Position numbers and translations under genes: made by a program. Positions 48,083-56,964 of a DNA stretch of 64,000 nucleotides are shown here, piece by piece (within the stretch, counting starts at the first letter, position 1; the number at the start of each line of letters is the position of its first letter). Source of the stretch: Maricaulis salignorans (GTDB lineage Bacteria > Pseudomonadota > Alphaproteobacteria > Sphingomonadales > Sphingomonadaceae); contig CALRLP020000004.1 of assembly GCA_943368745.1 (NCBI GenBank), forward strand, positions 17,617-81,616, written 5' to 3'. The notes below the pieces were generated by a model. The model did not search any database. It saw only the letters and a list, made by a program, of their open reading frames with translations, and was not told the origin of the DNA.

Positions 48083-49450
48083 GTGGCATCAGCATCCGGT
48101 CGTGAAGAGCAACAGATAGGCTTGTGGCGAATTCTTGCCTTTGGGTCTGTGCAATTGCCCCTTGGAATGATCGGGCTACCGATCGCAATCTATCTGGCTC
48201 CGCTCTATTCTGGACAGATGCAATTGGCTCTGCAGCTCATCGGGATTTCGTTAATCCTAGCACGCCTATCCGATTTCATTACCGATCCGATTATAGGAAT
48301 TGTTTCCGATCGCTGGCGCCCCAAAATCGGTCGCAGACGGGTGTGGCTGATTTTTGGATCATTGACGATGATGGCAGGGGTCTACCTGCTATTCCGGCCC
48401 TCGCCGGGTATTGATATCGTCTATTTCCTTGCAGCTGTCGCGCTCGTTTATCTGGGCTACACGATGCTATTGCTACCCTATCATGCCTGGGCAGCCGAGC
48501 TTTCCGAAGACTATCACGTTCGAACCCGAATAAGTTCGGTTTCACAGGCCTTCAGCATCGCCGGCCTGATCACATCGACACTCATCCCTGCCTATGTACA
48601 AATGCAGCCTGGAACGACCAGCGCAGATGTGATGTCGGCGTTAAGCGTCGTTATCATAGCTTTGCTGCCGCTATGTGCGGCGCTTGCCTTCTTTTTCGTT
48701 CCAGAGCCCGAAGCTCCAATCCGCAAAGCCCCGTTCAACATAACCAAGGCGATGAAAATGCTTGGCTCCAACCGGGCTTTCTTGCAGGTAACTTTGTTGG
48801 TGCTTGTTGCAACGGTGGGCGAAGTTTTCCGTCAGACGATCACCGTGTTTTTTGCGCGCGATGTTGTGGGCGTCCCTAATATCGGCGTCATATACTTCCT
48901 CTATTTCGTCGCCGCGCTGCTTGTTGTGCCCGGTTGGGTTTGGCTCGCCAAGCGGATCGAAAAACACCGCGCCCTTGCCTTGGCGCTCGTTATCGTCGCG
49001 GCAACCAATGCGTTGATGTTCTTTGTGCAAAAGGGCGGGGTATATGTCTTTACCGCCCTCTTTATCCTGAAAGGTGCGTGCTATGGTGCAGTGCTCATGC
49101 TGCCGCACGCGATGATAGCTGATACTGCAGATATCGACACCGCAGACACGTTGGATCGCCAACAGGGGCTGTTTTATGCAGTGACGGCTATGGTTCAGAA
49201 GATGGGATATGCTGCTGGCTCCGGTCTGCCTTTGCTCATTCTTGGCGGCATTGGCTATGTTTCTGCCGGTGAAAGCAGAGCCGAACCGCTGCTAGCCTTG
49301 ACGATCAGCTACAGTGTTATTCCAGCGGTTCTGGTGCTGATTGCCGCTTATATGGCGTGGCATTATACTTTGACAGAGGCGCGCCATCGCGACATCCGCG
49401 CCGAAATCGACGCTCGAATGGCCGTCGCTTCTTCCGGAGTGAAAGAATAA
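48083..49450 (+). CDS. MFS_2/GPH family (MelB-like) transporter
   Basis: About 12 TM helices; DFITDPIIGIVSDR...GRRR, WAAELSEDYHVRTRI, ADTAD motifs; GTG start. Confidence 0.88.
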   Translation: MASASGREEQQIGLWRILAFGSVQLPLGMIGLPIAIYLAPLYSGQMQLALQLIGISLILARLSDFITDPIIGIVSDRWRPKIGRRRVWLIFGSLTMMAGVYLLFRPSPGIDIVYFLAAVALVYLGYTMLLLPYHAWAAELSEDYHVRTRISSVSQAFSIAGLITSTLIPAYVQMQPGTTSADVMSALSVVIIALLPLCAALAFFFVPEPEAPIRKAPFNITKAMKMLGSNRAFLQVTLLVLVATVGEVFRQTITVFFARDVVGVPNIGVIYFLYFVAALLVVPGWVWLAKRIEKHRALALALVIVAATNALMFFVQKGGVYVFTALFILKGACYGAVLMLPHAMIADTADIDTADTLDRQQGLFYAVTAMVQKMGYAAGSGLPLLILGGIGYVSAGESRAEPLLALTISYSVIPAVLVLIAAYMAWHYTLTEARHRDIRAEIDARMAVASSGVKE

Positions 49451-50430
49451 TGATCACAGGGCTGCATCATGTCGGACTTTCTGTGCTCAATCTCGACGCG
49501 GCGATCGACTTCTATACCAATCAGCATGCCTATAATCTCTCCCACCGATTTGACGTAGAAGATAACACAAAAAATCGTGCCATGCTGCAGCTTGATAATG
49601 CCTCTGCTCGGGGCGCGTTTTTGCAGGGCAGTCTCGGATGTTTGGAACTGTTCGAATATGCCTGTAAACCTGAAATGGATCAGGAAGATAAGGCAGTCTA
49701 TTCAGCAGGAATACGCCATATCTGCCTACAGAGCGAGATTTCCGACCGGTTGTACGATGGACTGGTTGCCGCCGGTGCGACTTCACATGCACGACCCTCG
49801 GGGTTGGGAACAGGCAACAGTTATGTCTATATCCGTGATCCCGAAGGCAATCTTCTGGAGCTTGAGGGAACACCTTGGGCGCCGGAGGAGGCTCGCCGCC
49901 CTTGGTTTGCGCACGTTGCGCTGGTCACTCCAGATATCAGCAGGCTGACTGATTTTTATGCGCTGCTCACCGGAATCGATATCCATCGCCAAGGCAGTTT
50001 CGGCCCCAGTCCTAAATTCGATCATGTGGCTGGACTTTCAGACGTATGTTTCACGGGCGCTTGGTCGCGGCTCGCCAACGCCGAACTAGAATTTTGGTGC
50101 TATGCACATCCATCTACTCTGCCAGGAAACAGGCGCAGTCTGGCGACTCCGGGGTGGAACCATATTTGCTTTGAAAGCGACGATATCGACGCTGACTATG
50201 CACGGTTAGTGGCCCATGGCATCGAATTGCACGGGCCGCCCCATATGTTCGGAAATGCGCGGCTATTTTTCGGACGCGACCCCGACGGCAATGTTTTCGA
50301 AGTACTGCAACCCAGCTTAGATAAACAGCTAACCGTCGCTGCAATGTTGCAAGAAGCCAATGGCCATAGCGTCGATGCTGCGCGTACCGCATATCGCAAT
50401 CGATTGGCCGCGACGGCTACAGAGGCATAA
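49450..50430 (+). CDS. Two-domain VOC/glyoxalase family protein
   Basis: HHVGLSV..LELFEY..RHICL..DPEGNLLEL repeated as HVALV..LEFW..NHICF..DPDGNVFEV. Confidence 0.88.
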   Translation: MITGLHHVGLSVLNLDAAIDFYTNQHAYNLSHRFDVEDNTKNRAMLQLDNASARGAFLQGSLGCLELFEYACKPEMDQEDKAVYSAGIRHICLQSEISDRLYDGLVAAGATSHARPSGLGTGNSYVYIRDPEGNLLELEGTPWAPEEARRPWFAHVALVTPDISRLTDFYALLTGIDIHRQGSFGPSPKFDHVAGLSDVCFTGAWSRLANAELEFWCYAHPSTLPGNRRSLATPGWNHICFESDDIDADYARLVAHGIELHGPPHMFGNARLFFGRDPDGNVFEVLQPSLDKQLTVAAMLQEANGHSVDAARTAYRNRLAATATEA

Positions 50431-50435
50431 CCTCG

Positions 50436-51377
50436 ATGTCCTTCACCTTGGGTCCTGCTATTGCCAACGCTTCCCCTACGAACCGAAATGTTCGGGCCAA
50501 TGGACTGGATTTTCATTGCTTGGAACAGGGGCGCGGCGAACCAATTCTCTTTTTGCACGGCTTTCCCGACCACGCGGCCACATGGCGCCCTCTTGCAGAA
50601 CGCCTCGCGCCGGAATTCAGGCTTATTGCGCCGGATCTGCGTGGCTATGGTTTGACGTCGCGTCCGCTGGATGTTGAAAGCTACCGGCTGGGGCATTTGA
50701 TCGACGACGTCGCGGCATTGATTGATGCGTTTGATTTGTCGATGGTGCATTTATGTGGACATGATTGGGGTGGCGTTTTGGCGTTCGCATTTGCGGAAAA
50801 GCATCCGCATAAAGCAGCCAGCCTTACCGTCCTCAACGCGCCGCCGCCTGCAGTATTGCAAAAAATGATCTGGAATGACCCCAACCAGCGCCTTGCATCC
50901 CAATACATCACCATGCTGCGTTCCGCCGAGGCAGATGCACTGTTCAATGAAACCAATGTCGATGCTTTAATAGAGCGTTTCTTGGCGCAACCTTATCGTC
51001 ATGGATTGCTGAATGATGCTGACATCGAGGCCTATCGTCATGCCTGGACCCAAAAGGGTGTGTGGCAGGCGATGTTGGCTTGGTATCGTGCATCTCCCTT
51101 TGATGTGCCGGATATCGATGCAGAATTTGGCAACGACTTTCTGGATGAATGCCACATCGAGTGCCCCGTCCAGATCATCTGGGGTGATCAGGATGCCGTT
51201 TTTGTGCCCGCCATGGCGGACGCCATCGTCCATGCCTGCGCGGAGGCTATCCTCACGCGACTGCCCGCTGCTGGACATGTCCCGCACCGCGATGCCCCTG
51301 AACGCTGCGCAGCGTTGATTGCTAAATTTATCGCTCAACACCCAATCCGGCCGATTTCAAAGGAAGTTACAGCATGA
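50436..51377 (+). CDS. Epoxide hydrolase-like alpha/beta hydrolase
   Basis: LHGFPD, PDLRGYG, GHDWGG Asp nucleophile, lid Tyr in SQYI and WYRA, WGDQD, GHVPH. Confidence 0.82.
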   Translation: MSFTLGPAIANASPTNRNVRANGLDFHCLEQGRGEPILFLHGFPDHAATWRPLAERLAPEFRLIAPDLRGYGLTSRPLDVESYRLGHLIDDVAALIDAFDLSMVHLCGHDWGGVLAFAFAEKHPHKAASLTVLNAPPPAVLQKMIWNDPNQRLASQYITMLRSAEADALFNETNVDALIERFLAQPYRHGLLNDADIEAYRHAWTQKGVWQAMLAWYRASPFDVPDIDAEFGNDFLDECHIECPVQIIWGDQDAVFVPAMADAIVHACAEAILTRLPAAGHVPHRDAPERCAALIAKFIAQHPIRPISKEVTA

Positions 51378-52138
51378 CCGAACAAACTCTTAAAGGCCGC
51401 GTTGCCATCATCACCGGGGCTGCCCGTGGGATTGGGCTTGCGGCCGTGCATCGCCTTTGCGCGAGCGGTGCCAGCGTAGTGGCGTTCGATCGGCCGGAGG
51501 CCGATTTCAGCACCGCCTTGTCTGCTGGTCGCGTTGCCAGTCTAGCCGGTGATGTAGTGAATGCAGCCGATTGGCAGAGGGCGATCGATCTTGCTCTTAC
51601 GCTGGGTGAGCGAGTTGATATCTTGTTCAACAACGCAGGGATATCGGGTGCGATAGCCAATGCGCTAGACTATCCGGAAGAAGAATTTGACCGGATTATG
51701 GCGGTCAACGTTAAAGGTGTCTTTCTGGGGCTAAAGTATGTCGGCCATCACATGCTGACCAATCGCAGCGGTGTGATGGTCAACACATCCTCGGTTTCGA
51801 GCTTTGGCGGTAGCGGTAACATCTTTGGGTACACTGCCAGCAAGCATGCGGTGAATGGAATGACCAAGTCCGCGGCCATCGCGCTGGCGCCGCACGGGGT
51901 GCGTGTGCTGGCAATCTGCCCTAGTCCGACGGCAACCGAAATGATGTTCCAACTCGAGCGCCGCCTTTCGCCCGATAACCCAGAGGCTGCTCGGCCACAA
52001 TTGGCACAGGGTATCCCCATGGCACGCTATGGCACACCAGAGGAAGTGGCCGAAGCCTTGGCGTTTCTGGTCAGCGATGCAGCCGCTTTCATGACTGGTG
52101 CCCTTGTGCCGGTCGATGGCGGAACCTTGGCCAAGTAA
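51374..52138 (+). CDS. SDR family oxidoreductase
   Basis: TGAARGIG, FNNAG, YTASKHAV. Confidence 0.92.
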   Translation: MTEQTLKGRVAIITGAARGIGLAAVHRLCASGASVVAFDRPEADFSTALSAGRVASLAGDVVNAADWQRAIDLALTLGERVDILFNNAGISGAIANALDYPEEEFDRIMAVNVKGVFLGLKYVGHHMLTNRSGVMVNTSSVSSFGGSGNIFGYTASKHAVNGMTKSAAIALAPHGVRVLAICPSPTATEMMFQLERRLSPDNPEAARPQLAQGIPMARYGTPEEVAEALAFLVSDAAAFMTGALVPVDGGTLAK

Positions 52139-52156
52139 CCCGAAGAGGAGGCTGAC

Positions 52157-52915
52157 ATGGTGACGCAGATCGAACGTAGCTTCGGGGAAAAATTCCTCAA
52201 AAGCATCGACAATTTCTACACCTACGGGATCGACTGGTTGTTCAACGAATGGTGGGAAACAGCTCCGGCTGATGTGATTGCGAAGTACGAAGCGGCGATC
52301 CTCGATCACCCGGACCATGGACCGCTGGCTAGGGAAGGATGGCTTGCGCCGGATTTTCGAATTGGTTCGCTCGACAGCTATGGTCCAGGTACGTTGGGCC
52401 ATGCTTACCGCGCCTTCATGGTCGACAACAATCTGGTTGAACATTTGGCAGCTGGTTACCACGCTAGGCATGATGAATTGCTGCAAAGCGGTAAAATTGA
52501 TCGCATGCCTCCGGCATTAGCTTACAAGGTGTTACGTGGCTTTCAGACACATGATCTTCATCATGTCCTGACCGGCTATCCGGCTACACCACTCGGTGAG
52601 CTTGCAATTCAGGCATTCCAACTTGCCCAGATGGACTATCCTTATGCTGCCATGTGGATTGCCGTTGTGACCAGTCATATGACTTTGGTTGATCCCTACC
52701 TAATCAAGCCGGGGATGGACGCGATCACGGATGGTTGGGCTCTTGGCCGGCGCGCCCGCAGCGTCCAGTTCGTGAAGTTTGAGCATCGTCTCGGTGAACC
52801 TTTGGATGACATTCGCGCCGAATTTGGGTTGCAGCGCAATCTCGTTGCGATCGCGGATACGCCGCCCAAACGCACGCCCGAACTTCTAAAGCCGTCAGTT
52901 GAGCGCTCAGATTGA
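52157..52915 (+). CDS. Coq4-family protein
   Basis: PGTLGHAY, THDLHHVLTGY, GELAIQAF (HDxxH...E motif); RBS GAGGAGG. Confidence 0.82.
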   Translation: MVTQIERSFGEKFLKSIDNFYTYGIDWLFNEWWETAPADVIAKYEAAILDHPDHGPLAREGWLAPDFRIGSLDSYGPGTLGHAYRAFMVDNNLVEHLAAGYHARHDELLQSGKIDRMPPALAYKVLRGFQTHDLHHVLTGYPATPLGELAIQAFQLAQMDYPYAAMWIAVVTSHMTLVDPYLIKPGMDAITDGWALGRRARSVQFVKFEHRLGEPLDDIRAEFGLQRNLVAIADTPPKRTPELLKPSVERSD

Positions 52916-53572
52916 TGCCGGTTGTTGACGCCGGATCGGCTGGTGCCGATTTGTATGCTCACGCTTGATCTCAGTCAGCGTCCCTAGGATCATGGTGACA
53001 GTTAAGTCTTCAAGCGCTTCTCGACTGAGTTTGCGTTGCAACAAATAGGCACCCGCAGCGGCCGGCAAACCAAAGCTAATGTCTGTTGCTGCTCTGGCGA
53101 TATCGGGAGGTAAATTGAAATGTTCGGCAACAATTTCGGCCAGATAGCTAACGGCGGTGTCGCGACCGAACTCTGTGGGGTCGTGAATAGCAGAGACTGA
53201 GGGTTCGGCTTGCAACCGTTCGATCAACATACCCCGCTCATCAATATATTTGAGGTAAACATGTGTAACAGAACGAACCAAATCCTCGAAAGTATTAGCT
53301 TTTTGAGCGGCTTCGACCTGTTGTCGCCGCAAGCGCCTCCATTCGCGTTGCAGAAGAAGCCTCAGCAGATCAGTTATATTGGGGAAATAATTGTAGACCA
53401 GAGACTTGCTTATACCCGCTTCACGCCCGATGCGATCCATCGACAAGGCCGAAACACCGTCGCGCGCAACAATCTCAGCAACATGATCAAGGATGAACGT
53501 CTGTCGCTCGCTTGGGGCGAGGCGGACCCGTTTCTGGGACTTCGACAGAGCACTTCGTTTGGCATCAGGCAT
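52907..53572 (-). CDS. TetR/AcrR family regulator
   Basis: N-terminal HTH SMDRIGREAGISKSLVYNYF. Confidence 0.9.
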   Translation of the reverse strand: MPDAKRSALSKSQKRVRLAPSERQTFILDHVAEIVARDGVSALSMDRIGREAGISKSLVYNYFPNITDLLRLLLQREWRRLRRQQVEAAQKANTFEDLVRSVTHVYLKYIDERGMLIERLQAEPSVSAIHDPTEFGRDTAVSYLAEIVAEHFNLPPDIARAATDISFGLPAAAGAYLLQRKLSREALEDLTVTMILGTLTEIKREHTNRHQPIRRQQPASI

Positions 53573-53726
53573 CGCGTTGCAACCTTTAACAATTTTCACA
53601 CCCAGCAAACCCGATCGCGAGAACCTTTATCGTTATTTGCCTGTTCCGGCTGGTTTGCCCGTCACAAGCAGAAAGGGCAAGGTTAGATAGATGTCAATTT
53701 CCTCGCAATGGTTGAATAGGCCGATT

Positions 53727-55658
53727 ATGAAATTAGGCACCTGCTATTATCCCGAACATTGGCCGGAAAACCTCTGGGCCGAGGACGCTCTCCGTATGGT
53801 CGAGACCGGCCTTTCGCAAGTGCGCATCGGGGAGTTTGCATGGAGCAGGATCGAACCCGATCCGGGTCAATTCGACTGGGGATGGCTCGATCGTGCGATT
53901 GAAACGCTCCATGCTGCTGGGCTAGAGGTCATTCTGGGCACTCCGACCGCAACGCCGCCAAAGTGGCTGGTAGATGCGATGCCTGACATGGTAGCAACCA
54001 ACGAACATGGACACGCTCGCATATTTGGATCACGGCGGCACTATTGCTTCAGCCATCGTGGTTATCGCGCTGAAGCAGCACGGATCACTCGGGCGGTAGC
54101 TAACCGCTATGGCAAGCATCCGGCTGTAGTAGCTTGGCAGACTGACAACGAATATGGTTGCCACGATACGGTGCTAAGCTTTTCCGACGCCGCGCGGCTG
54201 GCTTTCCGCGAATGGCTGGCGGCCCGCTATGGCACAGCGATGAATCTCAATCGCGCGTGGGGTAATGTCTTCTGGTCAATGGAGTACAGAAGCTTCGATG
54301 AGATCGATTTGCCCGGTCACACGGTGACTGAGGCAAATCCAGCGCACTGGCTGGCCTTCCGTCGCTTCGCCTCGGACGAGGTGGCCGCCTTCAACCGCAG
54401 CCAGGTTGAGATACTTCGCGAACTCTCGCCAGGCCGCGATGTTGTCCACAACTACATGGGCTTCTTCACCGAGTTCGATCATCACGCGATCGCGGCCGAC
54501 TTGGACGTGGTCGGCTGGGATTCCTACCCGCTTGGTTTCCTAGACAGCTTTCCATTCACCGAAGCCGACAAACTGGCATATGCCCGCCAGGGCCACCCGG
54601 ATATAGCTGCTTTCCACCATGATCTCTACCGCGGTTGTAAGCCGAGCGGCCGCTGGTCGGTGCTGGAACAGCAGCCTGGCCCCGTTAACTGGGCGAACCA
54701 TAATCCTGCCCCGCTGCCTGGCATGGTTCGGCTATGGACGTTGGAGGCTATGGCACATGGAGCTGAATTGGTCAGCTATTTCCGCTGGCGTCAGTTCCCG
54801 CAAGCGCAGGAGCAACATCACGCAGGGCTTTTGCTGCCCGATAGTGAACCAGCCCTTGGTCTTGCCGAAGCCGCACAGTCAGCCCGTGATATCGCGATGC
54901 TCGGGCCAGTCGGCGATCCGCCCAAGCAAGTTGCACTCGTTTTTGCTTATGATGCGGACTGGGTCACCAAAATCCAACCACAAGGTAAAGGCGTCTCTGC
55001 GCTGTGGGCCACCTTTTCTTGCTATTCGGCACTGCGAAAACTGGGCCTCGATATCGACATCGTGCCTCCGGGCAGGCCTCTCGATGGCTACGCTCTGGTA
55101 GTCTTGCCTTGCCTGCCGATTGTGCCTGATTGCCTAGTTGCTGAACTACAGCGGTTTTCTGGTCAAATTGTAATCGGACCGCGAAGCGGCAGCCGCGATG
55201 CCGACTTTGCCATTTCCGATGGCCTGCCGCCCGGCCCCCTGAGAGCGCTTTTCCCCGGTAAGGTCGTAAGGGTGGAAAGCCTGCGCCCAGGCCTGACACA
55301 TCCCGGCAAGGATTGGGAGATTGAGCGATGGCTGGAACACCTTGAAACTGCCGCCGAACCTGAAATGATTGCTTTGGACGGCACAGTTGCATGCTGGCGC
55401 CATAGGCAAGTGCGCTATATGTCGGCCTGGCCCAACCAAGAAGTTGCACACGCCGTTCTAGCGCGCGCAGCCAAAGATGCCGGCCTTGCCACGCACGCTT
55501 TGCCTGAAGGACTCAGGCTACGTCGGGCTGGAAATAAGACTTTTATCTTCAACTATAGTAAAGAAACGGTTCACTTGCCGGACACCGTAACTGGGGATTT
55601 ACTGCTAGGCCAAAGAACCCTTCCCCCGGCCGATGTATCGATACTCAAAGCCAACTAA
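53727..55658 (+). CDS. GH42 beta-galactosidase, cytoplasmic
   Basis: GTCYYPEHW, VRIGEFAWSRIEP, LGTPTATPPKW, WQTDNEYGCH, VLEQQPG; no signal peptide. Confidence 0.93.
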   Translation: MKLGTCYYPEHWPENLWAEDALRMVETGLSQVRIGEFAWSRIEPDPGQFDWGWLDRAIETLHAAGLEVILGTPTATPPKWLVDAMPDMVATNEHGHARIFGSRRHYCFSHRGYRAEAARITRAVANRYGKHPAVVAWQTDNEYGCHDTVLSFSDAARLAFREWLAARYGTAMNLNRAWGNVFWSMEYRSFDEIDLPGHTVTEANPAHWLAFRRFASDEVAAFNRSQVEILRELSPGRDVVHNYMGFFTEFDHHAIAADLDVVGWDSYPLGFLDSFPFTEADKLAYARQGHPDIAAFHHDLYRGCKPSGRWSVLEQQPGPVNWANHNPAPLPGMVRLWTLEAMAHGAELVSYFRWRQFPQAQEQHHAGLLLPDSEPALGLAEAAQSARDIAMLGPVGDPPKQVALVFAYDADWVTKIQPQGKGVSALWATFSCYSALRKLGLDIDIVPPGRPLDGYALVVLPCLPIVPDCLVAELQRFSGQIVIGPRSGSRDADFAISDGLPPGPLRALFPGKVVRVESLRPGLTHPGKDWEIERWLEHLETAAEPEMIALDGTVACWRHRQVRYMSAWPNQEVAHAVLARAAKDAGLATHALPEGLRLRRAGNKTFIFNYSKETVHLPDTVTGDLLLGQRTLPPADVSILKAN

Positions 55659-55661
55659 GTC

Positions 55662-55685
55662 CTTTGCCAGCTCACCAATCTTCAT
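55662..55685 (-). pseudogene. First 8 codons of a MerR-family regulator
   Basis: ATG AAG ATT GGT GAG CTG GCA AAG = MKIGELAK, then the frame runs into the reverse of the GH42 stop region. Confidence 0.55.
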
Positions 55686-55688
55686 CGC

Positions 55689-55719
55689 TTGACCATATCG
55701 TTTCTACAGGGTGTAGATA
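55689..55719 (+). promoter_or_regulatory. MerR-type promoter with 19-bp spacer
   Basis: TTGACC-N19-TAGATA with half-site CTACAGGGT in the spacer, beside the MerR start codon. Confidence 0.6.
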
Positions 55720-55788
55720 GATCTCCGGATCTAAATCTGCCGAGAAGGAAAAAATGTTTATCAAGCACAAGATGACTGGAGGGACGCA

Positions 55789-56583
55789 GTGAAAGTAGAT
55801 CTCTCAACCACAATAGACCTTCCCGCCGAGGCTGTCTGGGCGGAAGTGCAGACTGCGCCCTTACTGATGCACATTGCGTGGCCGCTCATGCGGTTTGTGC
55901 CAGTAGGTAAAGAGCCGCTTAACGCATTCAAAGATGGTGGCCGCTATCCTATGAAACTGCGCCTTTTCAGTTTCCTGCCGTTTGGAACGCAATGGATAGT
56001 AACCTCGCTGCACGAACCTGAAAACGGCACATGGCCCAAGCGCCTTCGCGACGACGGCCACAGCGCGATGATCAGGAAATGGGATCATTGGATTACGGTT
56101 GCGCCAAATCCAGATGGTGGCACCGATTACAGAGATGAAGTCGAGATTTCGGCAGGTGTGCTGACCCCTTTTGTTTGGATCTTCGCGCAACTTTTCTACC
56201 GACATCGGCAGCGACGCTGGCGCGGACTTGCGGCTACGTTGCATACCCGCCGTCTGATCAAACATGAGATGTCAGACTTTGAGAAAGCCCGCTTAGAAGA
56301 CGATTGGGACTCCGCATGGCGAGCACTCGAACGCGCACATATCATCTCGCAGCCCTTTCTTGGGCCTCATCTGGGCAATCATCGGGCAATGCTGAGATAT
56401 GCAATCGAGCAGCGCGATTGGCGTGAAGTTATGGGGCAGCTAGTCAGACTTGCTCTTGCGCCACTAGGCGCGCTGACTGGACGTATTCCTATCGGCAACA
56501 CTGGACGGTCGAACGTCAGTGCGTTTCAGAAAATGCCCATTCCAGATGATTTGCGCCGCGCAATCGAACGCAAGCTACCATGA
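55789..56583 (+). CDS. SRPBCC-like domain fused to a DUF3703-like domain
   Basis: N-terminal PAEAVWAEV...WDHWITV...YRDEV; C-terminal AWRALERAHIISQP...GQLVRL...GNTGRSNVSAF; RBS GGAGGG, GTG start. Confidence 0.7.
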   Translation: MKVDLSTTIDLPAEAVWAEVQTAPLLMHIAWPLMRFVPVGKEPLNAFKDGGRYPMKLRLFSFLPFGTQWIVTSLHEPENGTWPKRLRDDGHSAMIRKWDHWITVAPNPDGGTDYRDEVEISAGVLTPFVWIFAQLFYRHRQRRWRGLAATLHTRRLIKHEMSDFEKARLEDDWDSAWRALERAHIISQPFLGPHLGNHRAMLRYAIEQRDWREVMGQLVRLALAPLGALTGRIPIGNTGRSNVSAFQKMPIPDDLRRAIERKLP

Positions 56584-56620
56584 TGAACAATGGACGGCTT
56601 TTCGAAAATAATCACTAAGG

Positions 56621-56654
56621 GCCGCCTATCAGCATCCACCCACTTTCGGTCATC
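56621..56654 (-). repeat. Short intergenic repeat family, copy H (degenerate)
   Basis: Reverse strand GATGACCGAAAGTGGGTGGATGCTGATAGGCGGC shares TGGGTGGAT and GGCGGC with copy C. Confidence 0.45.
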
Positions 56655-56703
56655 TGTCTTTATAAAATTGTGCCTGCTTTTGGTTGTTTCAACCAGCATC
56701 GAG

Positions 56704-56734
56704 AATGTCTGCAACTGGGCGCAAAGCAGACATT
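56704..56734 (+). repeat. Short intergenic repeat family, copy D (perfect hairpin)
   Basis: AATGTCTGC-AACTGGGCGCAAA-GCAGACATT; 23/29 identical to copy A. Confidence 0.7.
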
Positions 56735-56964
56735 CGCCGGAGCAGTAGGATTTATCAGCGGTTAATGACAGGCATTGTATACACCCAACCCTCACAGTCC
56801 CGAGCATCCACTTTTAATGCAAACTCGACTGGACTGTGCTCTATATACGAGCAACAGCACATTGCGCTTCGGCACTGATCGAAGCGGCTTGCCCTGCCGG
56901 CTCTAACCGGGGGGCTCTGGGTGGTGGCAGCAGGCATTGGGCCTGCTGCGATCGGAGACCACCT

